From positions 1 to 54,624 of IMG/VR virus record IMGVR_UViG_3300032050_000177: a DNA stretch of 54,624 bases. One strand, given 5' to 3'. The DNA comes from a virus. Its lineage: Duplodnaviria > Caudoviricetes. Made by a program: the position numbers and the translations under genes. Each line of letters opens with the position of its first letter. The stretch's first letter is position 1. The notes under the pieces are model-generated. The model was not told where the DNA came from, did no database searches, and saw only the letters and a program-made list of their open reading frames with translations. Shown here one piece after another: positions 29,985 through 39,071 of the stretch.

Positions 29985-30227
29985 TCATATATAATCTATT
30001 ACTCCAGATCGACCAAGAGCAATCCTAATTCCGAGCTTTTTGTTATAGTTATCTTCCTTAGAACAAGTTGCTATTCCTTCGAAATGTTGGCCGCTTGGAC
30101 TATCAATAACAAGAATAGTCTTTCCGCCCTTTGGGGAAACAGTTCCCTTTTTGGTCTTTCTACGGTGGTGATAAACGCCAACCTTGTATCCAGACTGACG
30201 AAGATATTGAATAGTAAGATTATACAT
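29985..30227 (-). CDS. Hypothetical phage protein
   Basis: 'GGKT...CSKEDNYNKKLGIRIALGR'. Confidence 0.65.
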   Translation of the reverse strand: MYNLTIQYLRQSGYKVGVYHHRRKTKKGTVSPKGGKTILVIDSPSGQHFEGIATCSKEDNYNKKLGIRIALGRSGVIDYI

Positions 30228-30244
30228 ATAAGCCCTTTCTCAAA

Positions 30245-30577
30245 TTAAAAACTTTTAGATATCAAATAATTTACAGCTTTAATCAAACCGTCTAAATTGT
30301 CGCCAAGATTTCCTATTCCAGTGTTACATTTGTCGCAAAGCCAGCCTCTAAAGCTATCATCGGTATGATCATGGTCTAAGCACCATTTAGAAGGTTCTTT
30401 ACCACAACATTCGCAAACACTTGGTTTCGGTGGAGCATCTTGATATAATTTTTTACGCACAACCGTTTGTTGCTTAACACATTCTTTGCATCTATTATCC
30501 AAATTATCTCTAGAATGAGAATGCTTTGGGAACTGATCAAATTGTTTTGTCTCCTTACAGTATATGCATATCTTCAT
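30245..30577 (-). CDS. Endonuclease VII-like nuclease
   Basis: 'CECCG....LDHDH....RGWLCDKCNTGIG'. Confidence 0.85.
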   Translation of the reverse strand: MKICIYCKETKQFDQFPKHSHSRDNLDNRCKECVKQQTVVRKKLYQDAPPKPSVCECCGKEPSKWCLDHDHTDDSFRGWLCDKCNTGIGNLGDNLDGLIKAVNYLISKSF

Positions 30578-30712
30578 AACTTGTCAATCACTGATTAGTT
30601 GAAAATACAATATGCAGTATATGATGCCATAAAACGTTAAGCATAATGGGAAAATAATATGACTGTAATTTAATAAATATCCAAGATGATAACTATCCAT
30701 AGTAATTAAATG

Positions 30713-31062
30713 TGGTGGAGGCGGCGATCTTCGAAAATCGCGTCCAGTCTAGTTTCAATATAAACTTCTACATCCTTAGTTAATCGTTATCGCACAATTA
30801 ACAAAACTATCAGAGTTATCTGAGTCAGATTGAGTACAATCATCATATTCATTTATGTCTGGCGAATCTACCATATCCGATTATCGGAGTCAGCATGATT
30901 GGTCGATATGGTTCATGCTACCACACTCTTGCCTAACTAGGTCAGGCAGCGAGAGCGAAACGAGTTTCGCCAACTAACATTAAGCGACTTTTATACTGGC
31001 CGGTCGCTCAACCAGTGGATGCCATCTATACCTACGTCTATCTGTCGATACCTTTCGCCCCC
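30713..31062 (-). ncRNA. ssrA: tmRNA
   Basis: 5' GGGGGCGAAAGGTATCGAC; 3' GACGCGATTTTCGAAGATCGCCGCCTCCACCA; G3-U acceptor wobble; tag frame GETRFALAA* at 30971-30942. Confidence 0.95.
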
Positions 31063-31413
31063 TTATTTGTTTTCCTCTAAAAATTTTATTAAGTCTTTTG
31101 GTCCTTTGTATCCAACCTTTTTAGTTACCGTTCTTCCTTTGATCGTCACAAAGCTTGGTATGCTCTTAATATCATACCCTTCTACAAGATCTTTGTCAAC
31201 ATCAAAATCTGCGGTCACTACTTGGTAATTTTTTACAACTTCTGATAGAACCTTGTCGTTGTTAATATCTTTCTTCGCTACCTGACAATATTTGCACCAA
31301 TCGGCAGAGAACATTATTAAAACTGGCTTATAATCGCTATCGTTGGCAAATACGGAAGCCATCGATATTAGACAAGAAATTAATAAAACACTAATAATAC
31401 TATTCTTTTGCAT
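31063..31413 (-). CDS. Thioredoxin-family protein with signal peptide
   Basis: FSADWCKYC, 'IKSIPSFV' cis-Pro; start ATG 31413 after GGAGG. Confidence 0.85.
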   Translation of the reverse strand: MQKNSIISVLLISCLISMASVFANDSDYKPVLIMFSADWCKYCQVAKKDINNDKVLSEVVKNYQVVTADFDVDKDLVEGYDIKSIPSFVTIKGRTVTKKVGYKGPKDLIKFLEENK

Positions 31414-31507
31414 GGTTCCCTCCAAGGTTAAAGGAATATCCTTATATATATACACCGTGACGCCCATTCTAGTTATCGTAAAATGGACGCCACGGGCTTT
31501 AACCTTT

Positions 31508-31750
31508 TTAGATCACAAAGTATTCAGTATCCGGTTTTTTAGTTTTTTGGATACTTGGCATCTTGGTAATCTTTGTTATTCTTCCGCGATGGTCTTTATG
31601 TTCAGCTACTATAAATAACTTGTCCCCACCGTCGCTATAGTCTTTATAATGCCAACTATAGTTTTTAATTATATCTTCTGCTTTAGTAGACTGATCATAA
31701 ATCTCACCCTCAATTTTAAATGTTAATATTCTATTAAATACTCTTGGCAT
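31508..31750 (-). CDS. Hypothetical protein
   Basis: 80 aa overlapping operon ORF. Confidence 0.6.
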   Translation of the reverse strand: MPRVFNRILTFKIEGEIYDQSTKAEDIIKNYSWHYKDYSDGGDKLFIVAEHKDHRGRITKITKMPSIQKTKKPDTEYFVI

Positions 31751-31982
31751 ATTCTGCCCCCTTTCCTATTACTTGTTCTGGAAAGTGATCTTCAAGTATT
31801 TCTGGACATAACCTATTAATTTCATCTTCTAGAGTATCATTGGGATATTCCATCTTTTCTTTAAAAAGATAATTTTTGAATTCATTAAAGATATCTAGAT
31901 TGTCCATTCTTGAAACTATATAATCAGAATACCTTCTAACAATGTAAGATTTATTGCTATCTGTGATATGATAGTGTCTCAT
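31734..31982 (-). CDS. Hypothetical protein (paralog family A)
   Basis: Similar to 31979-32224 and 50705-50896. Confidence 0.7.
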   Translation of the reverse strand: MRHYHITDSNKSYIVRRYSDYIVSRMDNLDIFNEFKNYLFKEKMEYPNDTLEDEINRLCPEILEDHFPEQVIGKGAEYAKSI

Positions 31983-32224
31983 GATAGAACCTCAATTTCT
32001 TTATTGTGACGATAAACTCTACCAAAAACATCTTTGCATATTCTTGGGTCGCGTGATCTTATTTCATCTGCCAAATCTTCATTGGAATATCTATCTTTTT
32101 CACTATGAAGATAGTCCCTTAGAAGACTGCGAATCTGTATAAAATCCAAATGAGCTATAATACTATCAACGTATTTTACTTGGATTTCGTCACGATTAGA
32201 ATTAGTAACTTTAAAACCTTCCAT
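31979..32224 (-). CDS. Hypothetical protein (paralog family A)
   Basis: Similar to 31734-31982 and 50705-50896. Confidence 0.7.
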   Translation of the reverse strand: MEGFKVTNSNRDEIQVKYVDSIIAHLDFIQIRSLLRDYLHSEKDRYSNEDLADEIRSRDPRICKDVFGRVYRHNKEIEVLS

Positions 32225-32229
32225 AAATC

Positions 32230-32446
32230 ACCCCATAGATAAAGTTTGTATCTATGGCTCTAACTTTCCGCCACATTAGCTGAAATTTAGCACCAGTGAT
32301 AATTGGGTTGGCCTGCAAATGCCTGCCACAACATATTATACCTTAACGATATAAAGAAGGCAGCAACTTTCAGTATTACAGAAAATGCTGTCGCCAAACT
32401 CTACGGAAGTTGATTAAGAGGATACCCGCGACCTCAACCTTTCGGC
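32230..32446 (-). ncRNA. Structured leader; partial SAM-I-riboswitch-like segment and RBS-overlapping hairpin
   Basis: GGCCAACC...TGGTGCTAAATTTCAGC...GGAAAG and CCATAGATA/TATCTATGG 9-bp hairpin next to the GGGGTGA RBS. Confidence 0.35.
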
Positions 32447-33055
32447 TCAACTAATAATTTCAGTCTCTAGCTCGTTCAAACACTTAAAGTGAGTGCCATT
32501 AATAGTCATTTCCCACGTTTTGTGGTAGTGTCCGAATCGCCAAATTTTTGGTTGATGTATTCTAAATAATTCATCTAATGCCCAACCAGTAAGATTTTGA
32601 TATCTAGTTGCTCCAGGTGGCAACAGGTGATAATTAATACTCTCTGGACAATCATGAGTAATAACAATATCTGGCTTTATTTCTCTATAAAGCTCCCTAG
32701 CTTTCATGAATTGATCTATAGATACTTGCTCCTGTTCCCACCAATCAATACCAATTGTTCTATACTGACGATCAATACTATATGCTCCACGATAATAGAA
32801 AAATTTTACTCCATTAATAGAAGTGTAACCGTAATCATATAAGAAATGAGGGTACTTATAACAAGTATCATAATTATCATGATTACCTCCTATAATTAGA
32901 TGTTTAGTATAGTCTACATTCTTTAGGGTATCATACTTAAATCCAAAATCACCGATCTGTAAAGTATATGGATGATACTCTGTTTGTCTAATTATTTTGT
33001 GGTAACGATCATATTTTCCATGAACGTCACCCACTAGTGTCAGCTTGTTCTTCAT
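32447..33055 (-). CDS. Calcineurin-like metallophosphoesterase
   Basis: GDVHG, GDFG, GNHD, THDCP, GHYH. Confidence 0.9.
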   Translation of the reverse strand: MKNKLTLVGDVHGKYDRYHKIIRQTEYHPYTLQIGDFGFKYDTLKNVDYTKHLIIGGNHDNYDTCYKYPHFLYDYGYTSINGVKFFYYRGAYSIDRQYRTIGIDWWEQEQVSIDQFMKARELYREIKPDIVITHDCPESINYHLLPPGATRYQNLTGWALDELFRIHQPKIWRFGHYHKTWEMTINGTHFKCLNELETEIIS

Positions 33056-33407
33056 TCTGTATTGTTTCTTGAAGTTTACTTACGATGGTTGCCGCTTCAT
33101 CTAACAAATTATTAATTTCTTGTAGCTTATGAAACGCTTTATTTCTTTGATTAAGAAGCAGTCTAGGAATACCTGTACTATTTTGATCATACCATGAAGT
33201 ATTAGCATTGTCAAATGCAAAATCTGACAAAGACTCTGCTAAATTTATCAAATCTTTATTTGACATTCTAGCAGAAAATGATCCTTCCCATGAGTATATC
33301 TTTAAATAAAATGGATTGGTTGATACTAGTGGATTAAATTGAATTTCTAAAGAAAGATCGTTATTAATATCAATAAATTGTTTTTTTTCTTCCATGATTA
33401 TGTCCAC
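33027..33407 (-). CDS. Hypothetical protein
   Basis: 126 aa overlapping operon ORF. Confidence 0.6.
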   Translation of the reverse strand: MDIIMEEKKQFIDINNDLSLEIQFNPLVSTNPFYLKIYSWEGSFSARMSNKDLINLAESLSDFAFDNANTSWYDQNSTGIPRLLLNQRNKAFHKLQEINNLLDEAATIVSKLQETIQNEEQADTSG

Positions 33408-34156
33408 AACTCTTTTCTAATCTTGATAAGTTCAATTAGTTTATCAGTATCTTCTTTGTCATACTGTTCTTCAAGCTTAACCATATTGTGCATAGACTTT
33501 ATTTCTTCTTTAGATTTTTTACTAAAGAATTCATTTCCTTCAAATTGTGACATTCCAGATAGATAATATGGCTCTGGTCTAATAGGTCTTATTTTTGTCC
33601 ACCAAATATACAGCTCTTTAACCTTTTGTGCAGAAATTGCTTGTGGTGTAATTTTTCCATAACGCCTATCACCTTCCATTATTCCGCAGTCTTCGTTGTA
33701 TGTTAGCGAACAAGCCCAGTCAAGATGATCTAATCCTGCTTGCTTACATTTCCCCTTGATAAACTTATAATCGCGGTCTTCATATGATTTCATTGTATGA
33801 GCCAATTCGCCTTCAACGTAATCTACAAGTTCATTAAATAGTCCATGCAATATTTTAGTGTCTATTTCGTGGTAATGTCCAGGTTTTAGGCCAGTTTTAA
33901 TAATGTGGGTTTGATCTATCCATCTATTTCTAACGTAAATTCTAACAGCGTTATATATATCTGATGGAAACATCCAACAATCTTGCAGGATATCAAGACC
34001 TTCTTCTGCTAACCAATATCTGATAGGATTTTTAGTCTTGACTTCGCCTTTCCACTCTGCCCACTGGTTCCATTCTAGTGCAAATGGTTTTGGTGTTCCT
34101 CTAATCCAATCGGCAAATTTGGAGCATGACCAATAGTTAAATCTAGATTTTATCAT
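33398..34156 (-). CDS. Hypothetical Trp-rich phage protein
   Basis: 252 aa; C-terminal 'EDT.KLIELIKIR..LWT'. Confidence 0.75.
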   Translation of the reverse strand: MIKSRFNYWSCSKFADWIRGTPKPFALEWNQWAEWKGEVKTKNPIRYWLAEEGLDILQDCWMFPSDIYNAVRIYVRNRWIDQTHIIKTGLKPGHYHEIDTKILHGLFNELVDYVEGELAHTMKSYEDRDYKFIKGKCKQAGLDHLDWACSLTYNEDCGIMEGDRRYGKITPQAISAQKVKELYIWWTKIRPIRPEPYYLSGMSQFEGNEFFSKKSKEEIKSMHNMVKLEEQYDKEDTDKLIELIKIRKELWT

Positions 34157-34503
34157 TATTTTTGCATCATTTCTGAGTAAGATATTTTTTGACGATAAAC
34201 AAAACCTTCAGAAAAACCTTGTTGGTATATCCATTTGATAGTTGATAAATGGTCGAAGGTTTCCACAAAGTCTTTATTATTTTTTGCCCAATTTATCCAC
34301 GACTTTTCCTCATCGCTTTCTCCATACAAATCATCAAAATAAATATCTTCATATGAATAGTAATGAGTATTTAAACCAGTATCAACAAGAGTAAAGACCA
34401 AGCCACCGTCTTCTTGGCTTATCGAACCAACAACCAGCTTTTGCATAAATACATTATAAACTATATCGCCCGCCTTAATGCTATCAGCCAGAGATTTTAT
34501 CAT
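34156..34503 (-). CDS. Hypothetical protein
   Basis: 115 aa, translationally coupled. Confidence 0.65.
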   Translation of the reverse strand: MIKSLADSIKAGDIVYNVFMQKLVVGSISQEDGGLVFTLVDTGLNTHYYSYEDIYFDDLYGESDEEKSWINWAKNNKDFVETFDHLSTIKWIYQQGFSEGFVYRQKISYSEMMQK

Positions 34504-35075
34504 GTTTCAATCTGATTTATTGGTTTTGAATGAAGTAGTTTTTGTATCTCTTTGAAGCTCCACGGCTCTCCAAATAGCTTACCATAGTTTATCGTATTGT
34601 CAACACCTACATCTAAAGTTTTTCTGTTAGAATTTTTGTCTTCTTCGTTTAATTTAGAGTGGCTATGCCCATAGAGCATCCAGCTACCCTTGTGAGATGC
34701 GGGCCAGACTCTAGATGCGTAGTGACTAAGATATATTCTTTGATTACAATATATTATTTCTTTAACAGGCTGAACGCTGCTAAATCCATAGGAATTTTCT
34801 GATGATATTAGATGTTTAACGAAGTCTTTTTCCCGATCATGATTCCCTATTAGGACATGAATATCTTTACAGATTATTCTTTCTCTATACTCTATAGGAT
34901 CTTTACCTCTAAAAGCAAAATCACCGAGGATATAAAGAGAATCATCTATTCCAACAGTAGTGTTTATAGTATCTATAATAGATTTATTCATCTCATGCAC
35001 ATCAGAGAATGGTCTGTTGCAATATTTTATGATGTTTTTGTGTCCCAAATGTAAATCGCTAGTAAAGAATATCAT
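34500..35075 (-). CDS. Calcineurin-like phosphoesterase
   Basis: 'TSDLHLGHKNII..CNRPF', LGDF, GNHD, SHY, GHSH, DVGVD. Confidence 0.9.
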   Translation of the reverse strand: MIFFTSDLHLGHKNIIKYCNRPFSDVHEMNKSIIDTINTTVGIDDSLYILGDFAFRGKDPIEYRERIICKDIHVLIGNHDREKDFVKHLISSENSYGFSSVQPVKEIIYCNQRIYLSHYASRVWPASHKGSWMLYGHSHSKLNEEDKNSNRKTLDVGVDNTINYGKLFGEPWSFKEIQKLLHSKPINQIET

Positions 35076-35077
35076 AT

Positions 35078-35281
35078 TTAATGATTTAATAGATTAGAAA
35101 GTTTATGTGTTGCCATTAAAGCAACTACTATATTTTTAGTTAGCCAATCTCTGTTAGATTGATAATCTCCATTCTTGTCCCATCCACCTTCTACTAACCC
35201 TTCGTCAAAAGCATCTCTCAAATCTTGAGCAAATGATATACAGCAGTATATTGCATTTATTTCGTCAACAGTTAGTTCCAT
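35078..35281 (-). CDS. Hypothetical protein
   Basis: 67 aa packed ORF. Confidence 0.55.
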   Translation of the reverse strand: MELTVDEINAIYCCISFAQDLRDAFDEGLVEGGWDKNGDYQSNRDWLTKNIVVALMATHKLSNLLNH

Positions 35282-35516
35282 TATTATTTTCTTTTTTCTT
35301 TAAGGTATCAATGTTAAAATGAAAACGTAATTCTATGGGATAATGTCCTTCGCCAAACTCTTTATTGTAATGATTGTTACAAGCCATAATAGCATCAGAA
35401 TAGTTGTTATAAATTCTTGCCAGATTAGGATCTTTAGTATAATTAAATGGACTACCAGTAATAAAACTTTGTGTCGTTGGGTGGAATATAATCCACTTTT
35501 GTATTAGATTATTCAA
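35265..35516 (-). CDS. Hypothetical protein
   Basis: 83 aa packed ORF. Confidence 0.55.
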   Translation of the reverse strand: MNNLIQKWIIFHPTTQSFITGSPFNYTKDPNLARIYNNYSDAIMACNNHYNKEFGEGHYPIELRFHFNIDTLKKKENNNGTNC

Positions 35517-35910
35517 TCTTCGGCCCTCCCCAATAATCCTTATCTAGTTTAATATCTGGATTGATTAAATAGCCTTGAGGGTGTCTTTTATTATATTCTT
35601 TTTCAAGTCGGCGTTGTTCCTCATAATCTGTTTCCATTTCCTGTTTATGCCAACCCTTAACAACTTCTAGTGCCTCATCAAGAGTATAATAACAGTGAGT
35701 ACGAACACTACCAAAAACATAACTATAAATAGTAATGCTAGTAATTTTCATTTCGCATTTCTTATCTTCCCAATAATTGCCAAATTCTAAACTAATATGC
35801 CCCTCTTGGCTTTTGTGTCCAACATCACTATCGTTCTCAAACACATGGTCATATGCTTCTTTGAGAAGTTTTCGTATTAATACTAGTTTATTTATATCTT
35901 GTTGATTCAT
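35509..35910 (-). CDS. Hypothetical protein
   Basis: 133 aa packed ORF. Confidence 0.65.
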   Translation of the reverse strand: MNQQDINKLVLIRKLLKEAYDHVFENDSDVGHKSQEGHISLEFGNYWEDKKCEMKITSITIYSYVFGSVRTHCYYTLDEALEVVKGWHKQEMETDYEEQRRLEKEYNKRHPQGYLINPDIKLDKDYWGGPKIE

Positions 35911-36104
35911 AAATATTTATTGACTCTTCTTCTTGCTGGATCTTTTACCAGAGGTTTATGAAATTCTTTAGTTACTATTTTTCTAAAATTATATCCGTAA
36001 ATCTCGTTCATTAAACTTTGTTCAGCTTCTAATACTCTATTAAGATCACAAGCATTATTCCAACCGCTCATAGGCGAAGGTTTTTTATATTGTCCCCAAC
36101 CCAT
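35907..36104 (-). CDS. Hypothetical protein
   Basis: 65 aa ORF. Confidence 0.5.
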   Translation of the reverse strand: MGWGQYKKPSPMSGWNNACDLNRVLEAEQSLMNEIYGYNFRKIVTKEFHKPLVKDPARRRVNKYL

Positions 36105-36206
36105 TCGATCTACAAGTCCTGCATTTGATTGTCAAGATCATTGATAGTTTCATCTACTGTTTTTGGACTCATCCAATCAAATAGACCGAAAAATCCTTTT
36201 AGAAAA

Positions 36207-36449
36207 CTATTCATGCCATTCTTTCTCTAGTTTATCTAGTACAAATGTAACCATTTTATTATCATAAAAACAATCAGACTCAGACGCCACAAGTTCTTTA
36301 TGTTTTTCCGGCCAAACATCCCACAATACATTCATAATAGTCTGACCATATCTCCACTGATTAGCAGCAGAAATTTTCCCCCCCGACCTTGACGCTTGAT
36401 GATTCATGAATGTATCATCGACTTTAGATACAAATTCTTCAAACTTCAT
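36207..36449 (-). CDS. Hypothetical protein
   Basis: 80 aa; 'RYGQ..MN.L...P......DCFY'. Confidence 0.65.
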   Translation of the reverse strand: MKFEEFVSKVDDTFMNHQASRSGGKISAANQWRYGQTIMNVLWDVWPEKHKELVASESDCFYDNKMVTFVLDKLEKEWHE

Positions 36450-36742
36450 ACTAATATATCCTCAACACCTTCTAATAGTGTTTTTCTCACACCCTTATTC
36501 ATATTAGTAAGTAGTATATGATTCTTAACAAAGTCCGATCCGCGTTCTTTAGCTATAACACCTATTAGATTCCTACCCCATCCATTAGTAATAGAACGAA
36601 CATCCTTAAAATCAATCTCTACATTAAAACCAAGATTAATTTCTTCTAACACACTATGACGTAACTCACTAGCTAATTTAGTGCTAGATAAATCAGTACC
36701 ATACATATGTTTAATCTCATAATATATTATTGGGCCTTTCAC
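36446..36742 (-). CDS. STAS-like (DUF4325-like) protein
   Basis: 'LSS...A..LR.......VEIDFKDVRSIT..W....G'. Confidence 0.55.
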   Translation of the reverse strand: MKGPIIYYEIKHMYGTDLSSTKLASELRHSVLEEINLGFNVEIDFKDVRSITNGWGRNLIGVIAKERGSDFVKNHILLTNMNKGVRKTLLEGVEDILV

Positions 36743-36963
36743 AGTTTATCCCCTATTGTCGCAGCAAAATATCCGAAGCTGAGTATCCAAGAAAGTATTA
36801 ATATAACAAAACAATGAGAGAACACCCAATAATTTTCATTACCATAGTTGTATTTAAAATGCTCTATGAGAATATAACAAGCAAACCAATAAAGAACCAT
36901 AAGAATCACAGAGACTCCTGTGGCAAATATTCCACTCATTAGTATTTTAAGTAAAGTATTCAT
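36739..36963 (-). CDS. Hypothetical two-TM membrane protein
   Basis: Two hydrophobic segments. Confidence 0.6.
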   Translation of the reverse strand: MNTLLKILMSGIFATGVSVILMVLYWFACYILIEHFKYNYGNENYWVFSHCFVILILSWILSFGYFAATIGDKL

Positions 36964-36985
36964 AATTTTCCTTTATTGTATTGAA

Positions 36986-37100
36986 AACGCCCCCATTATT
37001 GAACATAATACGTCGAGAGGGAAATCCCTACAAATAGACGCACTAGAGGTTCTAGGACGTTACCCTTGCGATCAACTCAAAGGTCGGTGTTAATTCACCT
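36986..37100 (-). ncRNA. Candidate multibranch structured RNA
   Basis: Stems AACGTCC/GGGCGTT, CTAG/CTAG, TGCGTC/GACGTA, AGGG/CCCT, ATTAT/ATAAT, ACCTTTG/CAAGGGT, GGTG/CACC in an ORF-free gap. Confidence 0.45.
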
Positions 37101-37102
37101 GT

Positions 37103-37339
37103 TTATATTTCTTCTCCTGTATTATAATCAAGAACAGGATAATCCCACGCCTCTTTCATCAAAGAAGGAAGAGGTATTCCTGCTTTATCTTGCACTGTTT
37201 GTAAATCCAACATACTATCCTTTAGATAAACTGGCATATTATGAATGTTCACAACATCTTGGTTATCGTCAATAAATACTGGATATAATCCATATTTGTC
37301 TTCTTTTTTAACGATACGATATTTCCAGCCGGTAGTCAT
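37103..37339 (-). CDS. Hypothetical protein (paralog of 37336-37578)
   Basis: 'WKYRIVKK'. Confidence 0.6.
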   Translation of the reverse strand: MTTGWKYRIVKKEDKYGLYPVFIDDNQDVVNIHNMPVYLKDSMLDLQTVQDKAGIPLPSLMKEAWDYPVLDYNTGEEI

Positions 37340-37578
37340 GGTTTAATTTCCTGTAGTGTATCGTAGTCAATTATACGTTGTTCCAAACACTTTGTCAATC
37401 GTTCGACCGTTTGTCGTAGATCGTCAATACTTTCTTCTCGTATTCTTATTGGTTCTCCCATTATTGCGTTTATAGTTCCGTCAGAGTTATAATAGACTTC
37501 ATATATCTCATATAACATACTATCATCCATATGAGTATTAGGATAAAATCTACGAACGACACGGTGATTCCATGACAT
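37336..37578 (-). CDS. Hypothetical phage protein
   Basis: 'MSWNHRVVRR...EIYEVYY..DG'. Confidence 0.7.
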   Translation of the reverse strand: MSWNHRVVRRFYPNTHMDDSMLYEIYEVYYNSDGTINAIMGEPIRIREESIDDLRQTVERLTKCLEQRIIDYDTLQEIKP

Positions 37579-37583
37579 TTAAA

Positions 37584-37913
37584 TTATTGTGATATTCCAC
37601 AATCTCCACTTAGTTGAGGTTGTTTTAATATTGATTGTATAGAGTCAGAAATGCTTGTATTTTGTTGCAGATATTCGTTATGCAATCGCACAATATATTC
37701 GGCGGTTTTTTGATCTATAGCAGCGTCGGGTATAATCTCATACTCTTCACTTTCTGTACTTACCAAAGTCTTACCAAAATTTTCATATTCGTCATTATAT
37801 AGAATAGGATTAACTGGCACAATTCTTCTACACCAACATTGTGGCCCACTAAAACATTCATCAACTTTCCACTCTACTAGGAAAGATAACTCTTTTGCTT
37901 GTTCAAAGTTCAT
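37584..37913 (-). CDS. Hypothetical protein
   Basis: 'C.SG..CWCR.I', 'AEYIVRLHN'. Confidence 0.65.
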   Translation of the reverse strand: MNFEQAKELSFLVEWKVDECFSGPQCWCRRIVPVNPILYNDEYENFGKTLVSTESEEYEIIPDAAIDQKTAEYIVRLHNEYLQQNTSISDSIQSILKQPQLSGDCGISQ

Positions 37914-38307
37914 AGTTATGATTTTCGTATATTTTTGGAATCATCCAGTTCTTTAGCCATTTACTATCTTTGGCTCGACTTTTCAGTTCTTCGTCAATGT
38001 ATTTGCGTTCATTGTAATCTAACAGCCAATATCTGTCAATAGCAAACTTTTCCCACTCTCTAACATCATATCCTCCAAATGGTAATTCATACATACCACT
38101 TGACTTAAATTCATCATACAAGTATTCAAAAACATCTCGTACAACAACACATTTGGTATTAGAATTTAAACTATCCCAATGGTTTTTTATCCAGTCTTGA
38201 ACTGCTCCCGGCACATAAGTCATTCGACCAAGAGCATAGCGTAACGCAGAAGTAACCATGATACCACCATTAACATCGCAGTTAAAATTATGTTTTTTAG
38301 TTTTCAT
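37903..38307 (-). CDS. Hypothetical phage protein
   Basis: 'ALRYALGRMTY' motif. Confidence 0.7.
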   Translation of the reverse strand: MKTKKHNFNCDVNGGIMVTSALRYALGRMTYVPGAVQDWIKNHWDSLNSNTKCVVVRDVFEYLYDEFKSSGMYELPFGGYDVREWEKFAIDRYWLLDYNERKYIDEELKSRAKDSKWLKNWMIPKIYENHNYEL

Positions 38308-38443
38308 TCCTGCACCTTTGTTCCCATGTCATAAGGATAGCCGTTCTCTGGATCATCACTATACACTCCCTCGTATTCATTATCATACCAAGGAATTTTG
38401 CTATCTGGTAACGATTCGCCGTCTGTATTATCTGATATCATAA

Positions 38444-38665
38444 TTAAAGATCTATATTTACATTGTGTTCGTTTAATAGTCTATAAAATTCTTCTCGTAT
38501 CTTGTCCAAGGCATCACTAGCGTCAGTAAAATCATTGTGATATTTATACCAATTTCTAAGCTGCTGACTAAAATCCCACAAAAAGGATTGAGTTCTAGAT
38601 GCTTGCATAGTAACATCATATTCGTGTTGATCTTCTGGCAGATCAAATCTTAGCATTACCTTCAT
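38444..38665 (-). CDS. Hypothetical phage protein
   Basis: 'FDLPEDQ.EY......LW...Q.LR..YKY'. Confidence 0.7.
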   Translation of the reverse strand: MKVMLRFDLPEDQHEYDVTMQASRTQSFLWDFSQQLRNWYKYHNDFTDASDALDKIREEFYRLLNEHNVNIDL

Positions 38666-38667
38666 TA

Positions 38668-38871
38668 TTATACTCCATATTTACAAATTTCCAACCCGAA
38701 ACCTAGAAAACGAAAATTTAATCCATATCCCCAATCGTATGTATAGAAATATAATTCTGTAGTTAGGTCTAATGAGAAACCATATTCATATACATCATCA
38801 GTATTATATAGTTTATTAGGAGTTCTGACTCCTACTAGGTTAAAAGGATGAAATACTTTAAATCTGACCAT
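38668..38871 (-). CDS. Hypothetical protein
   Basis: 67 aa packed ORF. Confidence 0.55.
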   Translation of the reverse strand: MVRFKVFHPFNLVGVRTPNKLYNTDDVYEYGFSLDLTTELYFYTYDWGYGLNFRFLGFGLEICKYGV

Positions 38872-39071
38872 TATTTACCCCTATAAGAAGCCGCACTAAT
38901 ACTACTATTAAGTATCATAACACAAGCCCAATTAAGCCAACTATGCTCAATAGAAGTTTTAAATAATGTATTAATTGCCCAAATTTGAATAAATGGCCCA
39001 GCCACTATAAAGATCAGAGCAATCAACAAAATTATAGTAAAAAGAACGGGATCAATATTCACTGGTTTCAT
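38871..39071 (-). CDS. Hypothetical membrane protein
   Basis: 'GPF..IWAINTLF...I'; ATG 39071. Confidence 0.65.
   Translation of the reverse strand: MKPVNIDPVLFTIILLIALIFIVAGPFIQIWAINTLFKTSIEHSWLNWACVMILNSSISAASYRGK

Noticed and set aside
30558-30586. TTGACA-17-TATACT overlapping the EndoVII-like start
   Set aside because: The -10 falls inside the coding sequence and lacks the CGAT motif; possibly chance, so not listed as a feature
32230-32446. RNase P RNA
   Set aside because: Lacks the GAGGAAAGUCC and ACAGAA..CGGCUUA P4 signatures
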